Source: Moniliella sp. 'wahieum' (lineage: Eukaryota). Taken from it: a DNA stretch of 64,000 nt. Both the position numbers and the translations under genes were made by a program. This document shows positions 12,848 through 24,434 of this stretch, in pieces (position 1 is the first letter of the stretch; each line of letters opens with the position of its first letter). The notes under the pieces were generated by a model. The model did no database searches. It was not told the DNA's origin and was given only the letters and a program-made list of their open reading frames with translations. The stretch is from the NCBI GenBank assembly GCA_003971905.1, contig RSEE01000038.1, positions 124,001 to 188,000 on the forward strand. Direction: 5' to 3'.

Positions 12848-13628
12848 ATGGCGATCGGCAAGAACAAGAAGCTCGGCAAGAAGGGCATGAAGAAGAAGAC
12901 GGTCGACCCCATGTCGCGCAAGGTGTGGCACGACATCCGGGCGCCTACTTTCTTCGACAACCGCACTGTTGGCAAGACTATCGTGAACAAATCCCAGGGT
13001 CTGGTGAACGCCAATGACTCGCTCAAGGGCCGCATTGTCGAGGCCTCGCTCGCTGACCTGAACAAGGACGAGGAGCAATCCTTCCGCAAGTTCTCCTGCG
13101 TGTCGACGAGGTTCAGGGCCGCTCGTGCCTGACCAACTTCCACTCGATGAACTTCACGACGGACAAGATCCGCTCGCTCGTTCGCAAGTGGCAGACGACG
13201 ATTGAGGCGCACCAGGACGTGAAGCTGACGGATGGTTACGTTGTTCGTCTGTTTGTCATTGCCTTCACCAAGCGCCGCTCCAACAGCGTGTCCAAGACGA
13301 CCTACGCCCAGTCGGCCCAGGTGCGCGCCATCCGGCAAAAGATGTTCCAGATCATCAAGCGCGAGATTGAGACCTGCGACATCAAGGAGCTGGTCCAGAA
13401 GCTCATTCCGGAGGTCATTGGCCGCGAGATTGAGAAGTCGACCCGTGGCATACCCTCTGAAGGATGTGTTCGTGCACAAGGTCAAGATCATCAAGAAGCC
13501 CAAGTTTGACGTTTCGCGCCTTGTTGAGCTCCACGGCGGTGCAGCCAACGTTGTGGGCGCTGAGGACCTCGGTGCCAAGGTCAAGAGTGCTGAGTTCGTT
13601 GAGCCCCACCCCTCTGGCCAGCGTCTAA
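12848..13628 (+). CDS. RPS1: 40S ribosomal protein S1 (eS1/S3Ae)
   Basis: [110 protein letters not shown] at 13626-13628. Confidence 0.97.
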
Positions 13629-13840
13629 GCGTCTTGCTTGCGCCCCCAAAACGAGCTGGCTTGCTCGCCGCGAACGGATGGGCCAGCCGATGGCATTGGT
13701 CTGCCTTTTTGTCTGCTCCCGTAGCGGGCTTTCTATGCATGCATGCTGTACCACAGATAATCTGAATCTGTAGGGCTATGTAGATGGACAAGGGCACGCC
13801 TGCAGGATAAGCTAGGCGGATCAATCGATGCAATAATTCT

Positions 13841-15542
13841 TCACCTGGCCAAATGGTAGTCATCGATCCGGAGTAGGAGTGACACCGTCTCAGTGGCCAA
13901 CTCAATGGCTGACGTGTTGACCAACAGGCTGCAACACATTTTCCTCGAGAATGTTGGTGATCGTTCCCTTACGCACGTTAATACCGGCGGTCGTCTCCCC
14001 CTGAGCATGCCGGTTACGCAGCTCTGTCACAATGGCGATTGGGTTGAGCCCGGCATTTTCGGCCAGCGTCGTGGGGATGATCTCCAAAGCGTCGGCGAAT
14101 GCCTGGAAGCAGAATGACTCCATGCCCTGCAGTTGTTGTGCGTACTGAGCCAGCCGACGCGAAACATGCACTTCAGGTGCACCGCCACCAGCGATTAAGG
14201 CGCGCTCTTCTCCAGCGAGCGCACCACACCAACGCATCGTGCAGCGACCGCTCGCTCTCCTCAAGCACCAGGCTGTTGGCACCCGTGCACAAGACGCTCA
14301 CAGTATTACCCATGTCCTTGATGCCAGAAACCTTGACCACACGGGCACCCAGTTGCACCTCCTCACTAGGTCGGCGTATGCCAGCTGTCCTCAGTGAAAG
14401 CATCAATATCGGCGATTGGGGTCGTGTGAAGGGTCTTGCAAACAAATTCCATCTCATCACGCTCGATGTCCTTGATGACAAGGATCTTAAGCTTGGCAAG
14501 GAAATGAAGCGCTAGGTCGTTGACAGCATCGCGCAAAATGGACTTTGGAGCAGCAAGACATTGCACCCCGCCTTCTTAATCTTCTTGCACATGTTCAGCA
14601 GATACTGTCTCTCCTCCTTCAGGATCTTGTCCATCTGGCGTAGTCATTCACCACAATCTGGTTATCCATATCGGGCTTGGGGCTGGAGAGTTGGAACTGG
14701 CACACACCAATCTTGGCCTTCTCCATGCGCGTTGGCCCGCCCGAGTTGGCCACCGCGGTCTGCTCCAGTACCATGCCATCATCTCTGTGCCTCAATCGTA
14801 CCTCCGACCTTCTTGACCAACCGGATGTCACGCAGGTCTACGACGGCTCATCGCTTGGTCGCCGTCCCCGCCGGCTCGACCGTGCCTCGTGCGCTTTCTT
14901 GAGCTGCACCGTGGAGGTGATGGGCAGTGCCGACACAGGCCCCGAGCGGTAGGGGACTTGTTGTGCAGCAGACGGAGCACGCATTGACCGCAATCGGAGC
15001 AAGCGTGGAGAGTATGCGACACAATTTTGGAGTTGAGACTGGTGTGTGCAGCTCGGAGGAGCGCCTCCCTGTCGCTCAAGTCAATAGGGGTGCTGATCTC
15101 GGTCAGGTACTCGACCGCCTTACTCGACGCCTTGACAAAGGACTCGGCAATGATTGTAGGGTGGATCCCCTTGGCCAGCATCTTCTCAGCTGCACCCAGC
15201 AGCCCCGGCCACAACCACGACCGAAGTGGTGCCATCGCCAGTCTCGATGTCCTGAGCCTGGGAGAGTTCCACAAGCATGCGAGCGGCCGGGTGCATGACA
15301 GCCATGTGCTTGAGGATGGTGGCACCGTCGTTGGTAATCACCACCTCGCCTTGCGCAGTCTGGATCATTTTATCCATGCCCTTGGGCCAAGGGAGGTGCG
15401 CACCGCATCGCTCACAGCCTTGGCAGCGGGCCAGGTTGGAGCGGCGCACCTCATCGGGTTTGTCGGCGTTCTTGAAAGCCTTGTTTCCGGGCCCTCCAGC
15501 AGCGCCAGAGGTGCTGGCAGGCATGGGTGCCACAGTAGCCAT
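13841..15542 (-). CDS. CCT4: T-complex protein 1 subunit delta (chaperonin CCT4)
   Basis: [155 protein letters not shown]. Confidence 0.95.
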
Positions 15543-15721
15543 GGGTGTAGAGGGGAGTACGGTGGAGGTATCGTAAAAGAAGGGCTGGATAAACCAGATC
15601 GACACATATGCGCGACACGTGAGCGCCCCACCCCACCCGTCTTCGCCGCCCGTCTTCGCTGACTTCGACCACCACTGAAGCTGAAGCCGCAGATCGCTGC
15701 CCACTGGCGGCGGAATTTCAC

Positions 15722-15762
15722 ATTTAACGTTTAACGTTCAACTTGAACATTTAACGTTTAAC
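15722..15762. repeat. AACGTT heptamer-register array upstream of CCT4
   Basis: AACGTT at 15726-15731 and 15733-15738 (1-nt spacer), then ttcaacttgaa and tttaacgtttaa. Confidence 0.8.
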
Positions 15763-16923
15763 CTCGAGTTTTTCATCCACCCACCTTGCCCGACACAACA
15801 CTGCCCCTCTGCGCTCTTCCTCATGCCCCGCTGCTGCGTGCCCACAAGCCACTCCCGATATGGGGGTTGCTGCCCATCTTACCTTTGCCTCGTTTTCGCC
15901 GCTCCTCACCTCCACCTCTCCCCTCCTCTTGAGAACCCACAGATACGCACCTCACGCTGACTTCATTTGTCGGCAGGCCTCCCCGGCAGGGCGAGGGGCT
16001 CAATTAAAGAGCATCAACGTCCCCTCCCCCCACACAAAGCGGCCTACACAGCCATATCTTCTTCAACTCGCTGCGAGTGTAATGCGGTCTACCTGCATAC
16101 CTTTTCCTTGTCTCTATTGAAACCATGGACAGCAATATGATCAAAAGCAGTACGTGATCCATCCATCGATTCCTTATTGCCCCCCTTTTGATATAGAAAT
16201 GCGGTGCTGTTTTACGAGTGCTATTACGAACGAACGCTGCTGGCGAGCGGGCGGAGGGTGCCCATCCTCTTCCAAATCCTGTGGACCCTTACAGTAGTCC
16301 GGAAGAACGTCGAAAGCCGGCTGGCCGAGCCCATCTCTCTTCAAGCCCCAGAAGAGGCGAGCATTGGCGGTGGGCCAACAGAGCTTCCCCTTCTCCGTTT
16401 TCCTGCTCCCAAAGGCTTCTTTGTCTCTGTGAATCCAATCCTATCTATGGGCCGATGCTTTATCCAGTATAGCAGGGCTCGCTCCCAACCCCAACCGAGT
16501 CAAGACCGCGGAGCGGTCGTACCCTCATGCACGTGGTCACTTTCTGATAGTTGAGAATTGTCTTCAACACAATCATTTCAGTTTGTCAGAACCAAAGGGA
16601 ATCACTTCTGTTGTGTTGGTTTTGGATGCGAGATGTGGGCGCTCCTTGTCCGCTAAGGTCGACCCATCTCAGTCACCAAGGAAAGGGGTCTTCTGGTGTC
16701 GGCATCACGTCTTCATCAGAGCCATGAAGACGACAATAAACGAGAGCCAAAAGTTAGCTAAAACATGATGCTTTTGCTGATCAGAAGCCAGCACGACGAG
16801 GAAAGCACCGGCCCGTACCAGTAAGTGTCACATGGGGTTGGAACGGGATGTCTCCGTGGGCAATAACGATGTGCGGCTGAGCGTGAACACAGACGGCTGC
16901 GGAGGATTGAGGGAGTGAACAAT

Positions 16924-16947
16924 ATCGATATCATCGATCATCGATCA
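16924..16947. repeat. ATCGAT palindrome array
   Basis: ATCGAT at 16924-16929, 16933-16938 and 16940-16945 (the last two on the 7-bp register, C spacer). Confidence 0.8.
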
Positions 16948-17797
16948 TCCCATCTTGATCTAAAACAGCTCCACAAGTGGGACCAATTCCGCTCTGGGCG
17001 GAAGTGGAATGTGATCTGATTGTTCGTTATTTAGCCTGCATTTTTTTCCGTACCACTTTTGTCTGCCACCACCACCTCACCACCACACACCGCTCAATCT
17101 TCGACAGTCTGCGTTCTATGTTGACTAGTGAGTTCTACCTTCCAATCACTTCACAAGATGAGCAAAATACCTTTTTACTGTGAACAATCCAACACAGAGC
17201 GGGTAGGACCGCTATGAAGAGACCGTGTATTCGTCTCTGACATTTTCAATGAGTCGGCCCTTGGTGATGATTACTGACATGTGCCTTTTGTGCTGCTTCA
17301 GACTCACAGTAAAAAAGTTCAAGTTTAGTATGGTTAAGTATCGTGTCAATATCATGTTTCCTTGCAGCTTTCGTTTGTGTTATTTACATGGCCATACCTC
17401 TCAACTCTCGACTGAAGAAAGCAAACCAAGTGGAACTTGAACCATGATGGAAAGAAGTAGGCTGACTGTCATTCGCTTCAAGCACCGGTGGAAGAGGGCG
17501 GTGACCGACGATAAGAGCAGAACATCCCAATGCAGAGGGGAAAGGCCTACTAGTGATGGAGAGCTATCCGAGTCATGTAATGCAAAAAGCCCTGCTTCTC
17601 ATTAGCTGCTTCCATCGGATCATTCAGATGATCCTATTCTTGGACCCTTACACTTACACTTACCCACATAACATTCAACGCTAGCCCTAGGTTTTTCACT
17701 CTACCCGCACCATTTATGGTTTCCCCGCCGCGGCGCCATCAGCAGAACATGGTAAATTCAGAATGCTGCAAGAGTACGAAGCTGTATCTTGTGCAAT

Positions 17798-19252
17798 TTA
17801 GACCGACAGCTCAGCCTTTACCGATTTGTTGATCGCGTCTAGGTAGGGCTTAAGCGCGGGCGTCACCCACTTGGCCACAAAGCGCTCCACCTGCTGCTCA
17901 GCGCGGCCAGTAAACGTGCTGGGGTCAAGCAATTGAGGAAGACGGGGCACGATGGGGGCGAAGTAAGGGTCCTTTTTGATGCGCTCAATGAGGTCATTGT
18001 CACCACCCTCTGTTTCACCACCGCAGCAGCTGGTGAGAGAGCACCCGAATGTGCTCATGGCACTCCTGCCGGTCTCCGCCGCCGTCCTTGACCATAGCCA
18101 TAATCACATTCTCTGTTGCCATGAACGGCAGCTCAGCCTCAATGTGCTTCTTGATCACTGCCGGGTAAACTACCAGGCCTTCCGAGATGTTCTGGAGCGT
18201 GGTGAGAACCACGTCAGCCGTCAAGAAGGCCTCGGGAATGGACAGGCGCCGGTTGGCGCTATCGTCCAAAGTGCGCTCCATCCATTGACCACCAGCCGTC
18301 TCGCGGGTGTTGTTAAGAACATTGCCAAGCCAGCGCGAGAGGGCGCAGACGCGTCGCTACGCATGGGATTCCGCTTGTACGCCATGGCACTGCTTCCAAT
18401 CTGATCCTTCTCAAAAGGCTCCTCCAGCTCCTTGAGGTGGCACAGCAGACGAATGTCGGTCGCCAATTTGAGAGAGGAAGCGCTGAAGCTAGCCAAGGCC
18501 GCCAGCGCGTCAAAGTCCACCTTGCGGCTGTACGTCTGCCCCGTGACGGGCATGGCGTAGGGGAAGCCAAACTTGGCGGTCACCATCTCATCCAACTCTT
18601 CGACCTTATCGTGGTCACCCTCAAAGAGGGCAAGGAACGAGGCCTGAGTACCTGTCGTGCCCTTCACACCGCGGAAGCCAATATCATTGCGGGCCCGCTC
18701 AAAATTGCGAAGGTCCCACAGCAACTCCTGGATCCAAAGCGTCGCGCGCTTGCCCACTGTAGTCAGCTGGGCGGGCTGCATGTGGGTGAAACCGAGCGTG
18801 GGCAACGCCTTGTACTCTTCAGCAAAAGCCGACAGACGGGCAATAACTGTAGCAAGCTTGGGGAGAAGCAAGTCGAAGCCCTTGCGTAGAAAGATGAGGT
18901 CTGCGTTGTCCGTCACATAGCAGCTGGTCGCACCCAGGTGAATGTAAGGCGCAGGCCGGGGCAACATGGCCAAAAGTGTGCACATGCGCCATAACGTCAT
19001 GGCGGCGTTTTTTCTCCTCCTGTGCAGCAAGCGCCATCTGCTCATCGTCCAGCGTCAGTGGGCCTTCATCTGGGAAATGGCCTCGTCAGGAATGTCAAGG
19101 CCGAGGGCTTTCTCGGACTCAGCGAGAGCGAGCCAGAGTTGGCGCCAGGTGCCGAAACGGGTTGCGTTGGAGAAGAGATTGGACATCTCCTTGGACGCAT
19201 AGCGGCCCGCCAGAGGCGAAGCCCATTGTTCGTACGACGGCGAGAGGCTCAT
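17798..19252 (-). CDS. ADE13: Adenylosuccinate lyase
   Basis: [68 protein letters not shown]; fumarate-lyase signature [34 protein letters not shown]; ends ..KAELSV*. Confidence 0.97.
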
Positions 19253-19349
19253 AAGGAAAAGGTGGATGGTGGCAGTGGGGGGGAAAGTGTGGGCAGCCAA
19301 TATGACTGGCCTGGCTTTCAAAGGCTAGGGCACTGCGGCATAGGCTCCT

Positions 19350-19440
19350 GAATTTGAGCGCCTGAGCCGCACCTCCCGAGGGGAGGGGCCTCGCCAGAGG
19401 CTCAGGCTCAGGCCTAAGGCCGTGAGGCCTGAGGCCGCCG
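19350..19440. repeat. AGGCCT/AGCGCT-type micro-array upstream of ADE13
   Basis: tgagcgcctgagcc and ggctcaggctcaggcctaaggccgtgaggcctgaggcc. Confidence 0.65.
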
Positions 19441-20969
19441 CAGTCCAGCGACTGTCACTAGGCGCTACACGAGGCGAGTGGGGCCAGGAGCCGCCAGGAG
19501 CCAGCGGGACAGGCGGTAGGAAGGGCAGGGGAGCACGAGCCACGCCGGCAATTACCGGAAGCGGTTTTTTTCCAACTTTGTTCCTCCCACGGTCCAAGCG
19601 CCCAACGTCACCTCAAGCTTAAAATTTGAAAGCCTCGAGTCAGCGCTGAGCCGCTGACTGCAAGTAGCCAGACTCTCTCGCTATATATACCCCTACCAGC
19701 TTACCTCCACCAGGATATGCTGCCCCCCCAGTGCCAGAGCACTCGGCCATCCTATAAGATCAACTGCAAAGCAGCCTTCAGACAATGCGTGCCAGTTAAG
19801 CGTTGAGCCACAAGTCTTCAAGCAAAAACGCCTGAAGGGAAGAGGAGACAGGAGACAGAGGAGGGAGAAATGGAGCACAATTAGGGGGCGCGTAACTTGC
19901 CGGCAGAACTCTTCCGTCCAGCTGGGCGCGCTCGGCTAGGTGGGCGAGGACCGCCGACACCACCCACTGCTAACAGCATTCAGTACTTTTTCATCCGCCC
20001 TTACAGGGGCAAACGAAAGGGACGACCAAATTTTGGTCGATTTTCGCCCAAAGGCACCTTTGAACGGGATATGAACTGTTGGTTATTAACAGCAGGGTTG
20101 GTACAACACTCTTCACCGGGTTCCGGAGGTGCTTACTTGTATATCCGACTCATTCGGGTTCCGCCAGCTTCGCGTCGCGTCCATGTCGTGGTGCTGACTG
20201 CTGACTTCAGCCTTTGAGTGCGACTCGGTCGCAACCATGTCTGCCTCTTCCCCCCGACGCGCGGACCTCGAGGGCAATTCAAACGCGTTAAACATTCTTC
20301 ACCCGTGAATCAGCGCAAGCGCTTTACTTGCCTCCGAAGGCGCCACCATCCCTGGCACGCGTGTAGTGTTGACGACGATACGTGCTATACGTTTACCACA
20401 GGCGAGATGAGTATGATGTCCTTCTCAGTACGGCACACAAGAGCGAGGAGAAAATAATCATTACAGTATACGTAATACAGCTCCCGAGACACCCGCGATG
20501 CTCTCCAAGCTGGAGGAGGGGCACATTCTCACTCACCTTCTGGTCGGGAAGGAGTCGAGGAGAAAGACCATTTGCCTTTTACAATGTGCTGTTCCACCTG
20601 CTATATATAGAAGCACTTGTCGCGTATCAATGAGAGTAGGACCTTGGGGAGTCCCAGGTCCCGGCGAGCGTCACACTGTTCATCAACTTGAGGACCGTGC
20701 AGGGGAACACTAGCACTACCCTCTAACAGAGCATGATGCATGCGACATGTGCTTCCCGATGAGCTTGATGAGCACTTGAGAGCCTAGAGCGCTGAACCTG
20801 TTTCTGGAGCTTGGTGGGGATGCAAACAACCTTTAAAGACGCAGACGAGAAGTAACGCATAACGCGTAGGGCGTATAGCGGTTGTTCAACCGAACTATTG
20901 GCGACGATCTGCGTGTCATAGCGGTGTGTATGGTCGCGCTGGCAGACCACAAACAGGACTGTTGGTACT

Positions 20970-22235
20970 GGTAACGCGTAACGCGTAATCCGTAACATCT
21001 CCTGTTTTCGATATTTGCTCGGTAACCGGTAATGCGAACCGGCGCGACATACAAAGAGCGAAGCTAGCATACGCATGATGCATAACTGGAAGCTTTAAGT
21101 TAAAGTGCAGCGAGCTTCAAGCTTCAAGGCATGCTTCAAGCGAGTCACTAAAAGTCACGCCAGTCTGACTAGTCACTAGCGTGACTGTCATCGATCACCG
21201 ATCACTGGCTAACTAGTCACCGGTATCATGCATGTGAATAAGCGCGCGAGCATCACTAGTCACTAGTCACTAGTCACTTGCATCGCTAGATCGGCGGGGG
21301 ATCTAAGACACTGATCATCCCGAGAGAGTCGCTGGCGCCGCATATGAAACACCAACGACCGCCGCGCCGGAAGATGCGGGCAAATACCGCTCCTGCCTCT
21401 GGGGACCGCGCTCTCCTCTCGATTCCATGTCGAACGCAAATACTTAATCAGTAATAGTCTTGTAGGAGTCAGCTCTACTGGGAAGGCTAGCAGGGCAGAG
21501 AAGTACTCAAGGAGGCAGAAGGAGGCATGTTGCCAGGAAGGGAACAGCTGAGAGGGTCACCAGTGTGCCTATAAGAATTGACCATGAGGGCATGAGCTCG
21601 AATTAATCATTGATCACTCTCTCTTCGGGCTCTCCTCGGACCTTCCACACAGCGACCAATCCGCCCGCCTCTCCGGATCGTCATGCACGTCATGCGTGCA
21701 TCCATGCACCATGGTAGTAACTGCTGTTGAACGGTGCGGCTGAGCTCAGCCTGAGCATTGAGCGGCTGAGCGTGTTGAACGTTGAACCGTTGAACACGTT
21801 GAACACGTTGAGCGTTGAGGTTGAGCCTCAACGTTCAAGTTGAACGTTGAACGTTGACGCGTGACGCGTTACACCCTCTGCAAGTTTACATGTTGACACA
21901 GAACTACAAGCTTAGTTGGGTCAAAAGAAACGCTACTAAAATGCCTATATCAGGCTCTCGCAGCGGTGAGGCTCACCACGCTCAGCCTGAGCGCTGAGGC
22001 TCAGCGCTCATCGCTTATAGATGAGCCTCATCCGTATGCTTGAAGCTTGACTAAAGGATCAGCATGATGTGATGACTCCCAGGGACTAAGAATTATCAAT
22101 TACCAGTTACTAGTTACCGGCCTGGCTTTACCGGTTACCATCAGTTAACCGTTACGCGTTAACCGTTATATGCAACCGTTACGCGCGTTTTTAACGTATA
22201 ACAAAACGTTTAACCATTGAAGCTTGAAGCTGAAA
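20970..22235. repeat. Dense field of palindromic heptamer-register arrays (ADE13-MFS intergenic, left part)
   Basis: ACGCGT-A-ACGCGT (20974-20986); ACTAGT-C-ACCGGT (21212-21224); (ACTAGT-C)x3 (21255-21274); AACGTT-G-AACGTT-G-ACGCGT-G-ACGCGT (21843-21869); AGCGCT cluster about 21985-22010; ACTAGT/ACCGGT/ACGCGT with T spacers 22100-22190; AAGCTT-G-AAGCT (22220-22231). Confidence 0.9.
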
Positions 22236-23039
22236 GACCGAGTAGTACTGTTGCATCTAATATCATCGCCTGATGCTAGGTATGACCCTGTTGGGTATGC
22301 ATGGGCGTGTTTTTGCAGCAAACATACTCAGAGATCTTCTCGCAGAAGCTGATGTTGCACCGTGGCTTTGTGAGGGGCACTGCCCTATTAGTTAGATGTT
22401 TGTTTGAGGTTTAGCCTGCGCCGCGCGTCCTATCCGTGGCGCCTCCACCTTGTTCCGATTGTAAGCCGCACATGTCAGTACTCAGTAGACACCGCTGGCT
22501 CATTCCTACCGCGCCGTCCGCCGTTCCACTCTGAGCTGCATTTTTAGGGTAATCAAGGTCAATGTTGTGGCTGTTGACTGTGTGTGGCTTTTCCGCGAAG
22601 AGACGGGTAATCTTCATGAGAAGCTATATATACGAGCCACAACCAATAATAGCACTACTAGTTAACCCTTATACCGGCTTTTCTTTATAGGCCCTTTCTC
22701 TAATAAGGCCTTTGGCCTTTGCCTAGTGTGACCGGCAGGTTCAACACGGTCGGAGAAGCAGGCCACAGTGTCATGGCCCTCCCACTCCTGACCTCGTTGG
22801 AACTGTTGTGCACGTTGCACTACAGATTGATATAGCCATTATGGTGACAGGCACAGCCACTGTCCAAACCACCACACTGCCTTTTGTGGCGTATGAGCGC
22901 TCTGAGCCCCTGATGGCTGAGAGTGCTCAGATCTTAGATCAGGAGGGTGGGGGGGGTTAGGGGTTAGTTAGGCCTTGGGCCTTAGTGGAGAATGCGGGAC
23001 TGGAGCTGCGTTCGAGCGAAACAGTGGCGGCAGATCTTA

Positions 23040-24220
23040 CAGTCCGGCCTGAGGCCTGAGGCCTGAAGGCCAAAAGAGAAAAGACACTGCCAGGGCTAAC
23101 CCACTACTGCCCCTAAAGGGCACCATTTCCCTCCTTGCCATTTGCGCGGGCCCATACACTTGGCAGTGGCTTCGACTTTCCGCGTGCGATGCCTCGCTCT
23201 TCGGCCCAATTAACCGAAAGAGTGGCGACATGCACGATTCGTGAAGCTTGAAGCTCCTGAAGCTGGAGGCCTGAGGCCCTCAGCCTGAGGGTGAGATATG
23301 AGATGATCGATTTAAGTATGTACCGGTGACGACCCCCAGTCACCTAGTCACCGGTCACCTTCGAGCTTCGATGTTAAGGCGTGAGCGCGTGAGCTGTTAG
23401 CCCTCAGGCTTATTCAGGGCCTCAGCCTCTGCCTCAGCTCAGCGCGCTCAGGCCGCTCAGCCACCGCAGCCTAAGGATTGGCAGACTTGCCACCGAAAAG
23501 CAAAGGCGCTGAGGCGCACAGGTTCACCTCTTCTTAGACCTTGGGTCTTGGGGCTTAGCCGAAAACTCGGTCGCCCAAACACATCAGGGAAGTGTGGTGT
23601 TTTTGTTCTGCTGCGTAGTATGCAGCGCCCATAGCTGATTGAAGGGATGGGGATGGCGACTGGAGCTGACGGTCACGCCATGTAGGATTCCAACTTGTAC
23701 TGGCCGTTCCCAGCACCTGGGTCGAAAGGGCCACAATGAATAGCTGTTGCGCTTTCGGCTCGGCTGGGTCCGGTCAGGCTTGGTGACGCGTCACGCGTCA
23801 CGCTTCAAGCCCTCGTCGATAGCCGCCGGCCTTCAGCTCTCGATCATCCAACTCATACACCACCCGCGACGATGACGACGTCACCATCGGATCCTCCAGA
23901 TCGGAGGCCATGATGCATGACATGCATGACATGTGACGTGTGGCACTGCTTCGGCTCGGGCTCTAGGCACTAGGCTGCCTAGGTCTGACTACCTAGGCGA
24001 CCGGTGACTGGTGACCAGCGAACCAGTGACTAGTGTGACCTGATTGATGAAAACAGTCGGAGCTGCCAGGTGTCCGGTGTATCCATATCCATCACCTCTG
24101 TTGTAACATGCAAAGGGGGAGGCACGGGGGGTCAACAGTGCCCTCGTGCTATGCAGGGTGTGTGACGCGTGACGTGTCGGACGCGTGACGGTTCAATGCG
24201 ATCGATCAATCGATCGAACT
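23040..24220. repeat. Second field of palindromic heptamer-register arrays upstream of the MFS gene
   Basis: AGGCCT-G-AGGCCT (23052-23064); AAGCTT/AGGCCT about 23244-23280; ACGCGT-C-ACGCGT (23786-23798); ATGCAT-G-ACATGT (23922-23934); ACCGGT and ACTAGT about 24000-24035; ACGCGT and ATCGAT 24165-24215. Confidence 0.85.
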
Positions 24221-24434
24221 TTTTGCACGAGCCTGCTTCTGTTGTAAATGCAGGCGGGTCGGTTCACGTCACGCGTTATAGGACCACACTCTCCCCCTAC
24301 GTGGTCACACTCCTTGTGTATGCAGATTGGCACTCTTGTTCTCCTTCCTTCCTTCAGCGCTGAGGCTTGGTGGTTCCCCTCTCTCATCACCACCATCACC
24401 ACCCATCCACCTACCCAACTTACCAGCCACAATC

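Noticed and set aside
12703..13905. 400-aa ORF antisense to RPS1 (and similar long antisense ORFs over the phytase, CCT4, ADE13 and CK1 genes)
   Set aside because: Shadow ORFs caused by GC3-rich codon usage of the real gene on the opposite strand.
22944..22975. Interstitial telomere (ggggttaggggttagttagg)
   Set aside because: Only 2-3 degenerate units; at most a Tbf1/Tay1-type site or G4-prone tract.
20970..24220. CRISPR array or synthetic multiple-cloning site (many restriction-site hexamers)
   Set aside because: There is no constant 25-45 bp repeat with unique spacers and no cas genes. The sites are repeated, degenerate and scattered through all intergenics of a eukaryotic locus with no vector features.
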